From: Candidatus Woesearchaeota archaeon
GTDB lineage: Archaea > Nanobdellota > Nanobdellia > Woesearchaeales > UBA10216
Reading direction: 5' to 3'
Length of the DNA stretch: 60,408 bases
Assembly: GCA_016180085.1 (NCBI GenBank)
Contig: JACPBX010000009.1
Location: 1 to 60,408 of the forward strand
Shown here: piece after piece, positions 18,422 to 27,248 of the stretch
Position numbering within the stretch: the first letter of the stretch is position 1
How the letters are laid out: every line of letters begins with the position of its first letter
Program-made: the position numbers and the translations under genes
The notes under the pieces: model-generated
What the model saw: only the letters and a program-made list of their open reading frames with translations
Database searches by the model: none
What the model was told of the DNA's origin: nothing

Positions 18422-18471
18422 TTTTACTGCGGTGCAGTAAAACAGCATACTATTACTGCGGCACAGTAAAA
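18422..18471. promoter_or_regulatory. Tandem palindromic operator-like sites (TTACTG-N5-CAGTAA x2) upstream of trmB copy 1
   Basis: TTTTACTGC-GGT-GCAGTAAAA (18422-18442) and TTACTG-CGGCA-CAGTAA (18453-18469); 17 of 19 bases identical between the copies. Confidence 0.7.
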
Positions 18472-18501
18472 TGCCCCCAATGCTAACTCACTCATAACTA
18501 A

Positions 18502-18562
18502 TATTTAAAGCTTTACCCTTGTGCGCCAACCTGAAGAACCTGGTTTGAACAAGTTTTAAATA
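18502..18562. promoter_or_regulatory. Divergent TATA boxes for trmB copy 1 (minus) and acd (plus)
   Basis: TTTAAATA on minus at 18509-18502; TTTTAAATA at 18554-18562, about 25 nt upstream of ATG 18586. Confidence 0.55.
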
Positions 18563-18585
18563 ATTAGGGGTCAGGTTAAAGACGC

Positions 18586-20850
18586 ATGGCTCAAGCAACA
18601 GCAGCCGGGACAGCACCATCCAAGCCAGTTGCCTTTTCAAAAGCCCTTGCCCTCTTAAGGGGCTGTGGAGTCGATTTTTGTGAAACAGCCCTTGTTGGCA
18701 ATGAGGAAGAGGCTCTCGCTGCAGCCTCTAAGCTGGGCTTTCCCGTTTTCCTCAAGGATGTTTCTGTTCCTGCATGTGTGAGTGCTGTTCACAAATATAA
18801 AGCAGGGCTTGTGTTGAGGGCTGACGGCCAGGAGTCATTAGCGAAGGCATACGGGAGCCTTGAGGCCGCCCACGGCAGCCTTGTCAAGAAAAGACTTCTT
18901 GAGAAAAAATTGACTGTTGCCATACAAAAAGAAGTTTCGGGCATTGAGTGCCTGGTTGGCGCCAAGCGCGATCCATCTTTTGGCTGTATTGTGCTGTTCG
19001 GATCAGGCGGGATTTCTGCCGAGGAGCTTGGTGATGTCACGCTGCGCCTCTGCCCAATTGGCAGTGCTGAAGCAGAACTAATGATTAAGGGGACAAGGGT
19101 TTACAGCCGCATAAGCAAACTAAAGGGTAATGGATTGCTGTTGCGGAAGCTGGCTGATGCTGTTGCTGCGGTTTCCAACCTGATTGAAGGCCATCCCGAA
19201 ATATCCGAGCTTGACATGAACCCTTTGCTTGTTGATGAATCTCAAGAAAGGGTTGTGGCTGTTGACGCCAGGATGGTTTATTCTGCCTCAAAAAAGCTGA
19301 CTGGGAAAAATAAAAGGGCTGCTGCCACAAAAAAGGGCAAACCGGCTGATTGGAAATCGGCTGCGGTTTCGCGGTTCTTTGGCCCTGCTTCAATCGCGCT
19401 GCTAGGCGCCTCCCGGGACAAGGAGTCTGTCGGCCAGGCAATAATGCGCAACCTGACACTGGGCTGCGTTCACCGCTGCGAATACTGCAGGCCATTTTTT
19501 GGCAAGATTTTCCCGGTCAACCCATTTGCAACAGAGATTCTGGGCATAAAGTGCTATCCCTCCATAACAGCAGTGCCTGAGCCAGTTGATATCGCGATAA
19601 TAGCTCTGCCAAGCCATCTTGTGCTTGGTGCTGTTGAGGAATGCATCAAAAAGAAGACCAAGGCAGCGATTATAATAAGCGCCGGCTTCGGGGAGTTCAA
19701 CGAGGAGGGGAAGAGGCTGCAGTTAAAGATTGCTGAAAAGCTTGAGAAGGCTGGGATTTTGTTGCTGGGCCCGAACTGCCTTGGCATAATCAGGCCGCAG
19801 AACAACCTTAATGCCAGTTTTGCGCCGAGCACGCCCCCAAGGGGCAACATCGCCTTTGTAAGCCAGTCTGGGGCTTTGGCTGACAGCGTCATTGACTGGT
19901 CAATCCAGGCAAGGTATGGTTTCAGCTCTGTGATAAGCTACGGGAACAAGGCCATGCTTGACTGCTATGACTTTTTTGATTTTTTGGCAACTGATGAGGA
20001 GACCAGGGCTGTCGCGATTTATCTTGAGGGCGTTAACAGCGGCAGTGCATTCTTCGAAAGGCTTAAAGCGCTCGTGGCAAAGAAGCCTGTTGTCATACTG
20101 AAAGGCGGCAGGACAGGTTCAGGGATGGCTGCGGCGGCAACCCATACTGCATCACTGGCTGGCGACGCCAGAATATTCGAGGCTGCTGTCCGGCAGTCTG
20201 GCGCTGTGCTTGTTGATACTGTTGAGGAGCTTTTTGACCTGGCGAAGGTTTTGGCCGAGCAGCCGGTATGTGAAGGCAATGGAATAGGAGTTATTACCAA
20301 TGGTGGTGGCTGCGGGGTAATATGCTCGGACTACTGTGAGGAGCTTGGTGTTAAACTTCCGCAGCTGCAGAAGGGCATCCTGAAGGCATTTGACAAAAGC
20401 GGCATAATGCACCCTGCCTATTCAAGAAGAAACCCTCTTGACATTGTGGGCGATGCCCTCCCCGACAGGTATGGACTTGCAGCAAGCGCATTGCTGGAAG
20501 AGCCCTACATTCACGGCCTTATTGTTATACAAACAATGCAGGCAATGACAAACCCCGTCCTGGATGCCAAAGTTATTGTTGACGCTCACAGGCAATTCCA
20601 GGGCAAGCCAATCATAAGCTGCTTCATGGGCGGAAGATTCAGCAAAAAAGGCATGCACTACCTTGACAACATGCACATTCCGGACTTCAACGACATAAGA
20701 AAGGCTGTGGTTGCCATGAAAGCGCTTATAGACCGGGGGGAATTCATGATAAGGCTACAAAAAGCAGAGGCCGCGGCAGCTTCAGCCGCTGCCGGTGCAA
20801 CAGTAACAAAGGGCAGAAAGAAAAGAAAGCAGGCGGGAAAACGGCGTTAA
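18586..20850 (+). CDS. acd: Acetate-CoA ligase (ADP-forming), beta-alpha fusion
   Basis: N-terminal ATP-grasp beta part (HKYKAGLV, GAKRDPSFG..VLFGSGG, ELDMNPL); CoA-binding alpha part (LLGPNCLGI, FVSQSGA, ATHTASLAG catalytic His, NPLDIVGDA). Confidence 0.92.
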   Translation: MAQATAAGTAPSKPVAFSKALALLRGCGVDFCETALVGNEEEALAAASKLGFPVFLKDVSVPACVSAVHKYKAGLVLRADGQESLAKAYGSLEAAHGSLVKKRLLEKKLTVAIQKEVSGIECLVGAKRDPSFGCIVLFGSGGISAEELGDVTLRLCPIGSAEAELMIKGTRVYSRISKLKGNGLLLRKLADAVAAVSNLIEGHPEISELDMNPLLVDESQERVVAVDARMVYSASKKLTGKNKRAAATKKGKPADWKSAAVSRFFGPASIALLGASRDKESVGQAIMRNLTLGCVHRCEYCRPFFGKIFPVNPFATEILGIKCYPSITAVPEPVDIAIIALPSHLVLGAVEECIKKKTKAAIIISAGFGEFNEEGKRLQLKIAEKLEKAGILLLGPNCLGIIRPQNNLNASFAPSTPPRGNIAFVSQSGALADSVIDWSIQARYGFSSVISYGNKAMLDCYDFFDFLATDEETRAVAIYLEGVNSGSAFFERLKALVAKKPVVILKGGRTGSGMAAAATHTASLAGDARIFEAAVRQSGAVLVDTVEELFDLAKVLAEQPVCEGNGIGVITNGGGCGVICSDYCEELGVKLPQLQKGILKAFDKSGIMHPAYSRRNPLDIVGDALPDRYGLAASALLEEPYIHGLIVIQTMQAMTNPVLDAKVIVDAHRQFQGKPIISCFMGGRFSKKGMHYLDNMHIPDFNDIRKAVVAMKALIDRGEFMIRLQKAEAAAASAAAGATVTKGRKKRKQAGKRR

Positions 20851-20857
20851 TCTTGCG

Positions 20858-21892
20858 TTAGTAAACCTTATATCTTAAAATTGCCGCCATTCCACCAAGC
20901 GCGTCAAGCTTCTGGCCCGCAGCATTCTCTGAATTGATTATGAATACCCTGCCTCCTTTGTCTTCAACCGCTTTCATTAGCAATTCGCTGTCCGGGTTGT
21001 TGTAAACCTTGACATCTGTAATCAGAAGCTTTTCAACTGCGGCTGCTTCAACTGCCTGCTCAACCTCCTTGGCCCCATAAGCGGCTTTGCCGTCTTTGGC
21101 AATCTCGGCCATTGCCTCATCAACCAGCTTCGTCTCCTTTGCAGCCATGGCGGTTGCCAGGACCGTCTCCATCTCGGGCCTTTTCAGCACTTCGTCTATG
21201 GCATTTTCGCTTACGCTGCTGCACGCAGACATTATGACCTTGCCTTTCAGGGCTGCTGCCTTTACGTCGCTGTTAAGCTCGTTCATTAGCTCTTCCTTCC
21301 AGAAAGCCGGGCTCGCTAGGACTATTTTGTCCGGCTTGCTCCTGTCATCGTAGTCCTTTACCGCTGCTATTATCTCTCTGTAGAAGTTGGTGACGGTTGC
21401 TGTGCTGTAGTCCTTTTTCCTCACCTTTCCCTTCAGCTCGGCAATTACATCGTAACCCCGCGCTTTCAGCCTGGCAAGAAGGCAGCTTTCCCTGTCAAAC
21501 ACGACTATCAAAACCTTAAGCTGCTGCTGTGTTGCCTGGCTCAGCCTGTCAAGCTGGTATTTCTGCCACCGTTCCTTTATAATCGTTAAGGCTTCCCCAG
21601 GCTCAACCGCTATTGTGTGGTGCGCCCCTTTTGGAACATCTTCTTTCAGCTCGGTTGTTTTGCCGCTCAACCTGAGCGCCTGGTCCTTGAACTCAACCCC
21701 CTCGACTGCCACAGAGAGGACATATTGCTTCTTCACAGCCTCCTCTGAAGAGCCAAGCCTGACCTTGCGCGTTGTTCTACCTGTTACAGTATCGCCCTTC
21801 ACGACTGTCTGGTTCAGAAGCCACAGGTCGTCAAGGCTCTGAGCCTGCACAACAATCTTTCCGCGCTTCAAATCCTTCTTTAGTATTTTCAT
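20858..21892 (-). CDS. pelA: mRNA surveillance protein Pelota (Dom34)
   Basis: MKILKKD; SLDDLWLL; GAHHTI; LASPAFWK; GQKLDALGGMAAILRY. Confidence 0.96.
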   Translation of the reverse strand: MKILKKDLKRGKIVVQAQSLDDLWLLNQTVVKGDTVTGRTTRKVRLGSSEEAVKKQYVLSVAVEGVEFKDQALRLSGKTTELKEDVPKGAHHTIAVEPGEALTIIKERWQKYQLDRLSQATQQQLKVLIVVFDRESCLLARLKARGYDVIAELKGKVRKKDYSTATVTNFYREIIAAVKDYDDRSKPDKIVLASPAFWKEELMNELNSDVKAAALKGKVIMSACSSVSENAIDEVLKRPEMETVLATAMAAKETKLVDEAMAEIAKDGKAAYGAKEVEQAVEAAAVEKLLITDVKVYNNPDSELLMKAVEDKGGRVFIINSENAAGQKLDALGGMAAILRYKVY

Positions 21893-21997
21893 TTGGCACC
21901 AGTGGCAGTAACAAGGCTGCAGGGGCAGGAGCTTGGTTGCTGCAAACATGCAAAGGTTAAGAAAACATTTAAATATATATCTACTGGAGGAAAGTGC

Positions 21998-23209
21998 ATG
22001 AAATGTTTCGGAAAAAGGGCACAGACCCCGCCAGGCGTTCCTACGGGCGCTAATGCCGCAATCCTTATCTTCGTGATTGCAGCCTTCATCCTTATGTACA
22101 TCCTCTTCCTTCCGAAGGAGGAACAGAGGAAGCTTCTTGAAAAGGAAACAACAACGGTCACTGCCAAGACGCCTGGCTCACTGCCCGGCTCTACATTGCT
22201 TAGCGAGAAGCCCGGAACATTGACCAGGCTTAAGGAGAGGGAGTTTGACCACGGCATACCTTCCTTTAATCTCTTTACAAAGAAGGAAGATACTGCCCTG
22301 AAATCAGTTGATTCCGTCTATGTTGAGGAGTCAAGGGGCGTAAGCAAGAAGAAAACCGTAATTCTCGCTGTGAGGGATAAGGTTGAAAACGCAAAATTAA
22401 GCTTTACAGTCAATGACCACAAGGGCAACATCATGATAAAGCTTAACGACAACGAGCTGTTCACCGGCGAAGTTGACAGCTTTACCGAGCCGTTGAGCCT
22501 TGAGCTTGAGGAGGAAAACCTGTTTGAGTTCTCCACAGAGCCCGTGCCCTGGTATAAGCCCTTTTCAAAAAACTTCTATGACATCAGGGCTGTTAAGGTA
22601 ACAGCCACTGTTGAAAGGATTGAGAACAAGGAGGCTTTGCAGACGTTCATAATAGGAGAGGAAGAGGGCAACCTGCTGTCAGAGGCAACCCTGAGCTATT
22701 TTGTTGATTGCAATGTCAAGGACGTCGGCAGGCTCGTCATATACCTGAATGGGAACCTGCTTGCCTCGAAGGTGCCTGACTGCGGCAGTGCTGAGAAGTG
22801 GCAGATTGACCCTGCCGACCTTGCAGCCGGGAAGAACGAGCTGAAGTTCGTAGCAGAGAAGGGCACATACCTGCTGGACAGGATACTTCTCAGGACAAAG
22901 CTGAAAGAACCCATATTCCCTGTTTACTTCTTCACAACCAACAGCACGGTGTTCAGGAGGATAGAAAACAACACCATAAACTCATCGCTGAGCATAAGGT
23001 TTGTTGACGACAAGGAGCGCAAAACCGCAACCCTGGAGATAAACGACCAGAAGACAAGGCTTGACACCAGGGCTGCGAATTACTCGAAGAACATAGATTC
23101 CTTCCTGGTTGAGGGCTCCAACTTCATCAGGATAGTGCCTGAAACCACCCTCAACATAGTGGAGCTTAAGGTCATTCTTGACTGCAGGAAGATAGAGGAG
23201 TGCAGCTGA
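21998..23209 (+). CDS. Secreted/membrane-anchored beta-rich hypothetical protein with class III (pilin-like) signal candidate
   Basis: SD GGAGG then MKCFGKRAQ followed by a hydrophobic helix AAILIFVIAAFILMYILFLP; three internal beta-rich repeats. Confidence 0.75.
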   Translation: MKCFGKRAQTPPGVPTGANAAILIFVIAAFILMYILFLPKEEQRKLLEKETTTVTAKTPGSLPGSTLLSEKPGTLTRLKEREFDHGIPSFNLFTKKEDTALKSVDSVYVEESRGVSKKKTVILAVRDKVENAKLSFTVNDHKGNIMIKLNDNELFTGEVDSFTEPLSLELEEENLFEFSTEPVPWYKPFSKNFYDIRAVKVTATVERIENKEALQTFIIGEEEGNLLSEATLSYFVDCNVKDVGRLVIYLNGNLLASKVPDCGSAEKWQIDPADLAAGKNELKFVAEKGTYLLDRILLRTKLKEPIFPVYFFTTNSTVFRRIENNTINSSLSIRFVDDKERKTATLEINDQKTRLDTRAANYSKNIDSFLVEGSNFIRIVPETTLNIVELKVILDCRKIEECS

Positions 23210-23271
23210 TTAGGCTTGTTTTGTTCTAGAAACATTTATATATACAATAATATCTTCGTATATCTTGGTGA

Positions 23272-23490
23272 TTGTTTTTGCTTATTTACACTAAACATGC
23301 GTTGGAAAAGATTGACGCTTTAGGCTTTGAAAAAGAACAGATTGAAGCTGTAGTTAAGAAGGGCGTGAAGTGGAAAGAGGAAAAACGTGACATTTGGCAT
23401 GCAAATATGGGAAACATCGAAGTTGTGTTCGCAAAAAGCGATAATGATGTGGTTATAATAACCGTTTATGAAGCGAGGTGGGAAAAATGA
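23272..23490 (+). CDS. Putative toxin, DUF4258-like small RNase fold
   Basis: YTKHALEK...VVIITVY pattern; 72 aa; TTG start after GGTGA; ATGA overlap with next gene. Confidence 0.65.
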   Translation: MFLLIYTKHALEKIDALGFEKEQIEAVVKKGVKWKEEKRDIWHANMGNIEVVFAKSDNDVVIITVYEARWEK

Positions 23491-23810
23491 AATGCGTATT
23501 TTGCAATGCGGCAACTGAAGAAAAGATGACTGACTACAAAGAAGTGGGCACGCACTTGGGCAGGTTCAAGGCTGAAGTATGCACGAAGTGCGGGGAGATT
23601 TTCTTCGACTCTGAAACAGCAGCAAAGATTCAAGCCAGGTCGAAGGAATTAGGTTTGTTTGGTTTGGCGAAGAGGGCAAAAGTTGCAGAGGTAGGCAATA
23701 GCATAGCTATAAGGGTGCCGAAACGCCTGGCAGAGTTTGTAGGATTAAAGAAGGGACAGGAGGTGCTAATAACACCTGAAGAAAAGAACAGGCTTAGTAT
23801 AGAAGTTTAG
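23487..23810 (+). CDS. Putative antitoxin: YgiT/MqsA-type Zn finger fused to AbrB/MazE-type domain
   Basis: MKCVFC...EVCTKCGEIFF; KVAEVGNSIAIRVPKRLAEFVGLKKGQEVLI. Confidence 0.78.
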   Translation: MKCVFCNAATEEKMTDYKEVGTHLGRFKAEVCTKCGEIFFDSETAAKIQARSKELGLFGLAKRAKVAEVGNSIAIRVPKRLAEFVGLKKGQEVLITPEEKNRLSIEV

Positions 23811-23966
23811 GTGATAAAAACGCCAAAAATAACGAAAATAAAGAGCCCTTTAGAAAAAGCCGGGATGCTGGGAAAAGAGGAAGGCTTTACAACAGTTAAA
23901 GAGCTGCTGTGGCGATACGGGAATAAGTGTTTAGGGATAGCGCCGGAAAGAAAGGAAAAGGTTTAA
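23811..23966 (+). CDS. Possible 51-aa small ORF downstream of the TA pair (not in ORF track)
   Basis: GTG at 23811 directly after the antitoxin stop; MIKTPKITKIKSPLEKAGMLGKEEGFTTVKELLWRYGNKCLGIAPERKEKV; TAA at 23964-23966. Confidence 0.35.
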   Translation: MIKTPKITKIKSPLEKAGMLGKEEGFTTVKELLWRYGNKCLGIAPERKEKV

Positions 23967-24017
23967 AACTCCGTCAGCCAAGAGTAACTGAGTGATTGAC
24001 AAAATGAGGTGTAAGTA

Positions 24018-26111
24018 GTGGTTCAAGCAGCGGCTGCGGCAGCGCCTATCCCGCCAAGCGGGTTTGGGAGGCTTATGCAGGGCATGATAGGTGTTGGCAG
24101 CAAGTTGGCTCCTGCCTTAGGCGTTGCCAGGGCTGCAACGCCAGCAGTAGGGGGCGCTGCCCAAGGCCTGGGCATGGGCGCCGGCTTTGCAGTCGGCCAG
24201 GCTGCTACGGCACCTGTAAAAGGAATCTTTGGTTGGTTTGCAGACTTAAAGCCTGAGAACCTTTACAGCGGTGTGGTTGTTTTTGCAGTTATAATATACA
24301 TTATTGACTTTTTAACTGGCTTTGACATAGCTAGGACCGCGCAGCTGCGCTGGATTTTTGCACTAGGAAGTTTTTTCGTTTTGATGATAACTGGGCGGTA
24401 CATAAAATTCTGGTCTGTTGTAATAGCGGCGGTGCAGTTTTATTCACTTTATGGCACTCTCAACTTATTGCAGAGCGGCTTGGGCTGGGTCGACTTAATA
24501 AACCCGTCCAAGATTTGGGTTATTGTCTTACTGCTAGGGTCTGGGGTTTTCTACGTTAACCTGCCAATTCCTGGTGCAATAAAGTGGCTTCCTGTCGTCA
24601 TAATATCTGAAATATATGGCTTACCGATTATTAGAGACAAAGCGCTTGATTACTTTGCTAATGCTGGTTACTTGGCATTTATAGTAGCCTTTGCGCTTAA
24701 CAGGGTTCTTTTCCCGATTCCATTAATTTACTCAATGTTTGCCTTTTACTCAGAGTCAAAAACTGCCAGAAAGCTTGTTGGAGCGCTGATTATCTTCTAT
24801 TTGATAGCAAGCCTCCCGCAAATTAAAGGCGCTTACAACTCACATGCTGGCCTTTCGCCTGAGGAAAAAGAGGTCGCACAAGACATCAAGGAGAAGTTTT
24901 TGGCAAGTGCGAGAAACATACTTTCAGGCGAGTTCCTCAGGGCTCCGACCGCGGCTGCTTATGAAGGTCTTGAGCGCACCTTCGGTTTTGGAGAGCCCAA
25001 GGAAGAGCCAAAGATGGGGCTGCAGCTTCGCGATGATCCAAATATGCCCAAGGTGTTTGACCTTGGCTTTTACAGCGTGGCTGCGCCGAGCGTGATTATG
25101 GAAGTTCCGAATCCGTTGCCGGTTGACACAGACAAAAAAGCCATAAGGGTTGTGGGCATTGACTGCGAAGACGAGTCCGGCTCGTCGCAAGGAATTGTTG
25201 TTGAGCCTTCGCCCGAGCCAACAGCCGACCAGCCCGTCCTTGTTTCCTATAGGAGGCCGAGAACAGCAAAGTGCGAGTTCCCGGACTTGAAGGAAGGAAG
25301 CAACAGTGCCAAAATAAAAGTGAAATACGGCTTTGAGGCTGACGCGGAGATGTCAACCGCTTTCATGCGTTCTGACAAGGTTGAGGCGCTGATTGCAGCC
25401 GGCGAGGACCCTGCTGACAAGATTCCTCCTGCAAGGGCAGAGTATGATAATGGGCCTGTTTCAATAACATGGGGCCCTGTGGAGCTGGTAACATCTCCGG
25501 CAAGCGTAAGCATAACCGCGAACCCGCGCCCAAGCCCTGCCCCTGCAAAACCCTTGCCATGGCAGGCATGGACAACATTCGGCCTTGTGGTTTATGTTGG
25601 AAAAAGCGGTGCTTGGGAAGGTGAGATTGCCAGCGTTAATTCCCTTGAGTTAAGGGTTCCTGAGGGCATTACTTTAATCAGCGACTACAGCAATGACCCT
25701 TACCCGCCGCCAGACGCCAGTAAATGCTCATTTATACGAAAAACAGACGATAAGGGAAACAGAATACCCAATGAATACGTAGTAAAACCTGAACTAATCA
25801 AAAGAACAAAAACTGACGGCAGTTTAGGAGACTCAAGATTCATTGGCGATGGCGTGGCTTTTACATGCAAAATGATTGTGCCGCCAAGCGTTCTGGCAGG
25901 GACTGACTGGGTTGGAGCAGATTTCAAGGTTGCCCTCGGCTATGTTTTCTCAACAGAGAAAGCTGTCAGCTTTGAAATACAGGGGTGCGATAAGGGAAGC
26001 ACTCAGGATTGCATGACAGACAAGAACTGTGCAGGAACACAGACGTGCAACAATGACGGCGCATGGGGCCCTTGTGACCCCAAGCCCGGCGGCTGTCCTG
26101 TGAAGGTCTGA
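24018..26111 (+). CDS. Multi-pass (~7 TM) membrane protein with large soluble beta-rich domain and C-terminal Cys module
   Basis: SD GAGGTG; Ala/Gly-rich N-terminus, hydrophobic segments at about aa 80-270, soluble C-terminal ~400 aa. Confidence 0.8.
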   Translation: MVQAAAAAAPIPPSGFGRLMQGMIGVGSKLAPALGVARAATPAVGGAAQGLGMGAGFAVGQAATAPVKGIFGWFADLKPENLYSGVVVFAVIIYIIDFLTGFDIARTAQLRWIFALGSFFVLMITGRYIKFWSVVIAAVQFYSLYGTLNLLQSGLGWVDLINPSKIWVIVLLLGSGVFYVNLPIPGAIKWLPVVIISEIYGLPIIRDKALDYFANAGYLAFIVAFALNRVLFPIPLIYSMFAFYSESKTARKLVGALIIFYLIASLPQIKGAYNSHAGLSPEEKEVAQDIKEKFLASARNILSGEFLRAPTAAAYEGLERTFGFGEPKEEPKMGLQLRDDPNMPKVFDLGFYSVAAPSVIMEVPNPLPVDTDKKAIRVVGIDCEDESGSSQGIVVEPSPEPTADQPVLVSYRRPRTAKCEFPDLKEGSNSAKIKVKYGFEADAEMSTAFMRSDKVEALIAAGEDPADKIPPARAEYDNGPVSITWGPVELVTSPASVSITANPRPSPAPAKPLPWQAWTTFGLVVYVGKSGAWEGEIASVNSLELRVPEGITLISDYSNDPYPPPDASKCSFIRKTDDKGNRIPNEYVVKPELIKRTKTDGSLGDSRFIGDGVAFTCKMIVPPSVLAGTDWVGADFKVALGYVFSTEKAVSFEIQGCDKGSTQDCMTDKNCAGTQTCNNDGAWGPCDPKPGGCPVKV

Positions 26112-26116
26112 TTAAA

Positions 26117-27244
26117 ATGCAAATTGACGAAAACGTGTTGACAAACCCCAGGTGGCTGCTGACTGCGGTGTTTTTGATTGCTGTGCTGCTGATTGGCGGC
26201 TGCGGGCAGATTGGCGGCAAGAGGGATACTGGCTCCGGGATTCCGGAAATATACGTTGGCACTGCCGGGTTTGATGCGGCTTTCGCGGCAGAGAGTGTTC
26301 CCGGCTTGGTAACCGCAGGAAGTTCCTCGGATGTTGTTCTGCTGCTAACAAATAATGGAGCTGTTAACACGCCGTCAGCCATAGTCACTGTAAAGGACAC
26401 CAGAGGGGCGTTCACGTTGGAAAGCGCAAAGGGCTCTGATAAAATTTTCTTTAGCAAGCCTTTGATAATAACAGCTCTGGGAGGGAAAGAGTCGGCATCA
26501 AGCACAGAAGGCTCGGCAGAAGGCGTTGTCCTGACTTTAAAGGCACAGGAGTTTTCCAAAAACGTGGAAGCTGTAGATACCGGGCTGATCGCATCCGTAT
26601 GCTACGAGTATGGCACAAAGCTTACTGCAAATGTTTGCGTTGATGCATCTTCCTACAGTTTCCAGAAGCAGAGGAAGCCGTGCGATGCAAAAGCGCCAGT
26701 GGCGTTAAAGAGCCAGGGTGCGCCCGTAGCCATAAAGAAAATAGAGATTGTAACAGAAAAGTCTGGCAACTACGTAAAGCCGAAATTCAAGATTTATGTT
26801 GACAATGTCGGGACAGGGCTTATAATAGGCAAGGACAGCCTTGGGCTTTTCTGCACAGATAACCCGGAAACCACAATAAGCAAGGATAAGCTGAATATTG
26901 TTGTGGTTGAAAAAGCCGAGCTGCGCGGAAAACCGTTAAAATGCAGTGATGATGTTCCTGAAATCAAAAACGCAATAGAAAAGATTCTTTCCGGGAAGGC
27001 TGCAGATGACTATATCTTGTGCTCATACGATGGGAACGACTTTGAGGATGGCTCAGGCGCCTTCGTAACCCCCTTAAAGATCGAGCTCAGCTACGGCTAT
27101 ACCTCAACAAGCAACCCTGTTCCAATCAGGATTGAGAAAGGCATACAATGTGAGGAGGGTGTTGAAAGAAGCTGCTCAATCACTGGTGGCGGGGGAGGAA
27201 CACAGAAATGCATCGATGGCCACTGGACTTTCTGCCAGAACTGA
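26117..27244 (+). CDS. Lipoprotein-like secreted hypothetical protein (CYxYxT family), C-terminal Cys module
   Basis: Hydrophobic stretch ending LLIGGC; GTAGF...ASVCYEYGT...SQGAPV motifs. Confidence 0.8.
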   Translation: MQIDENVLTNPRWLLTAVFLIAVLLIGGCGQIGGKRDTGSGIPEIYVGTAGFDAAFAAESVPGLVTAGSSSDVVLLLTNNGAVNTPSAIVTVKDTRGAFTLESAKGSDKIFFSKPLIITALGGKESASSTEGSAEGVVLTLKAQEFSKNVEAVDTGLIASVCYEYGTKLTANVCVDASSYSFQKQRKPCDAKAPVALKSQGAPVAIKKIEIVTEKSGNYVKPKFKIYVDNVGTGLIIGKDSLGLFCTDNPETTISKDKLNIVVVEKAELRGKPLKCSDDVPEIKNAIEKILSGKAADDYILCSYDGNDFEDGSGAFVTPLKIELSYGYTSTSNPVPIRIEKGIQCEEGVERSCSITGGGGGTQKCIDGHWTFCQN

Positions 27245-27248
27245 GTCT

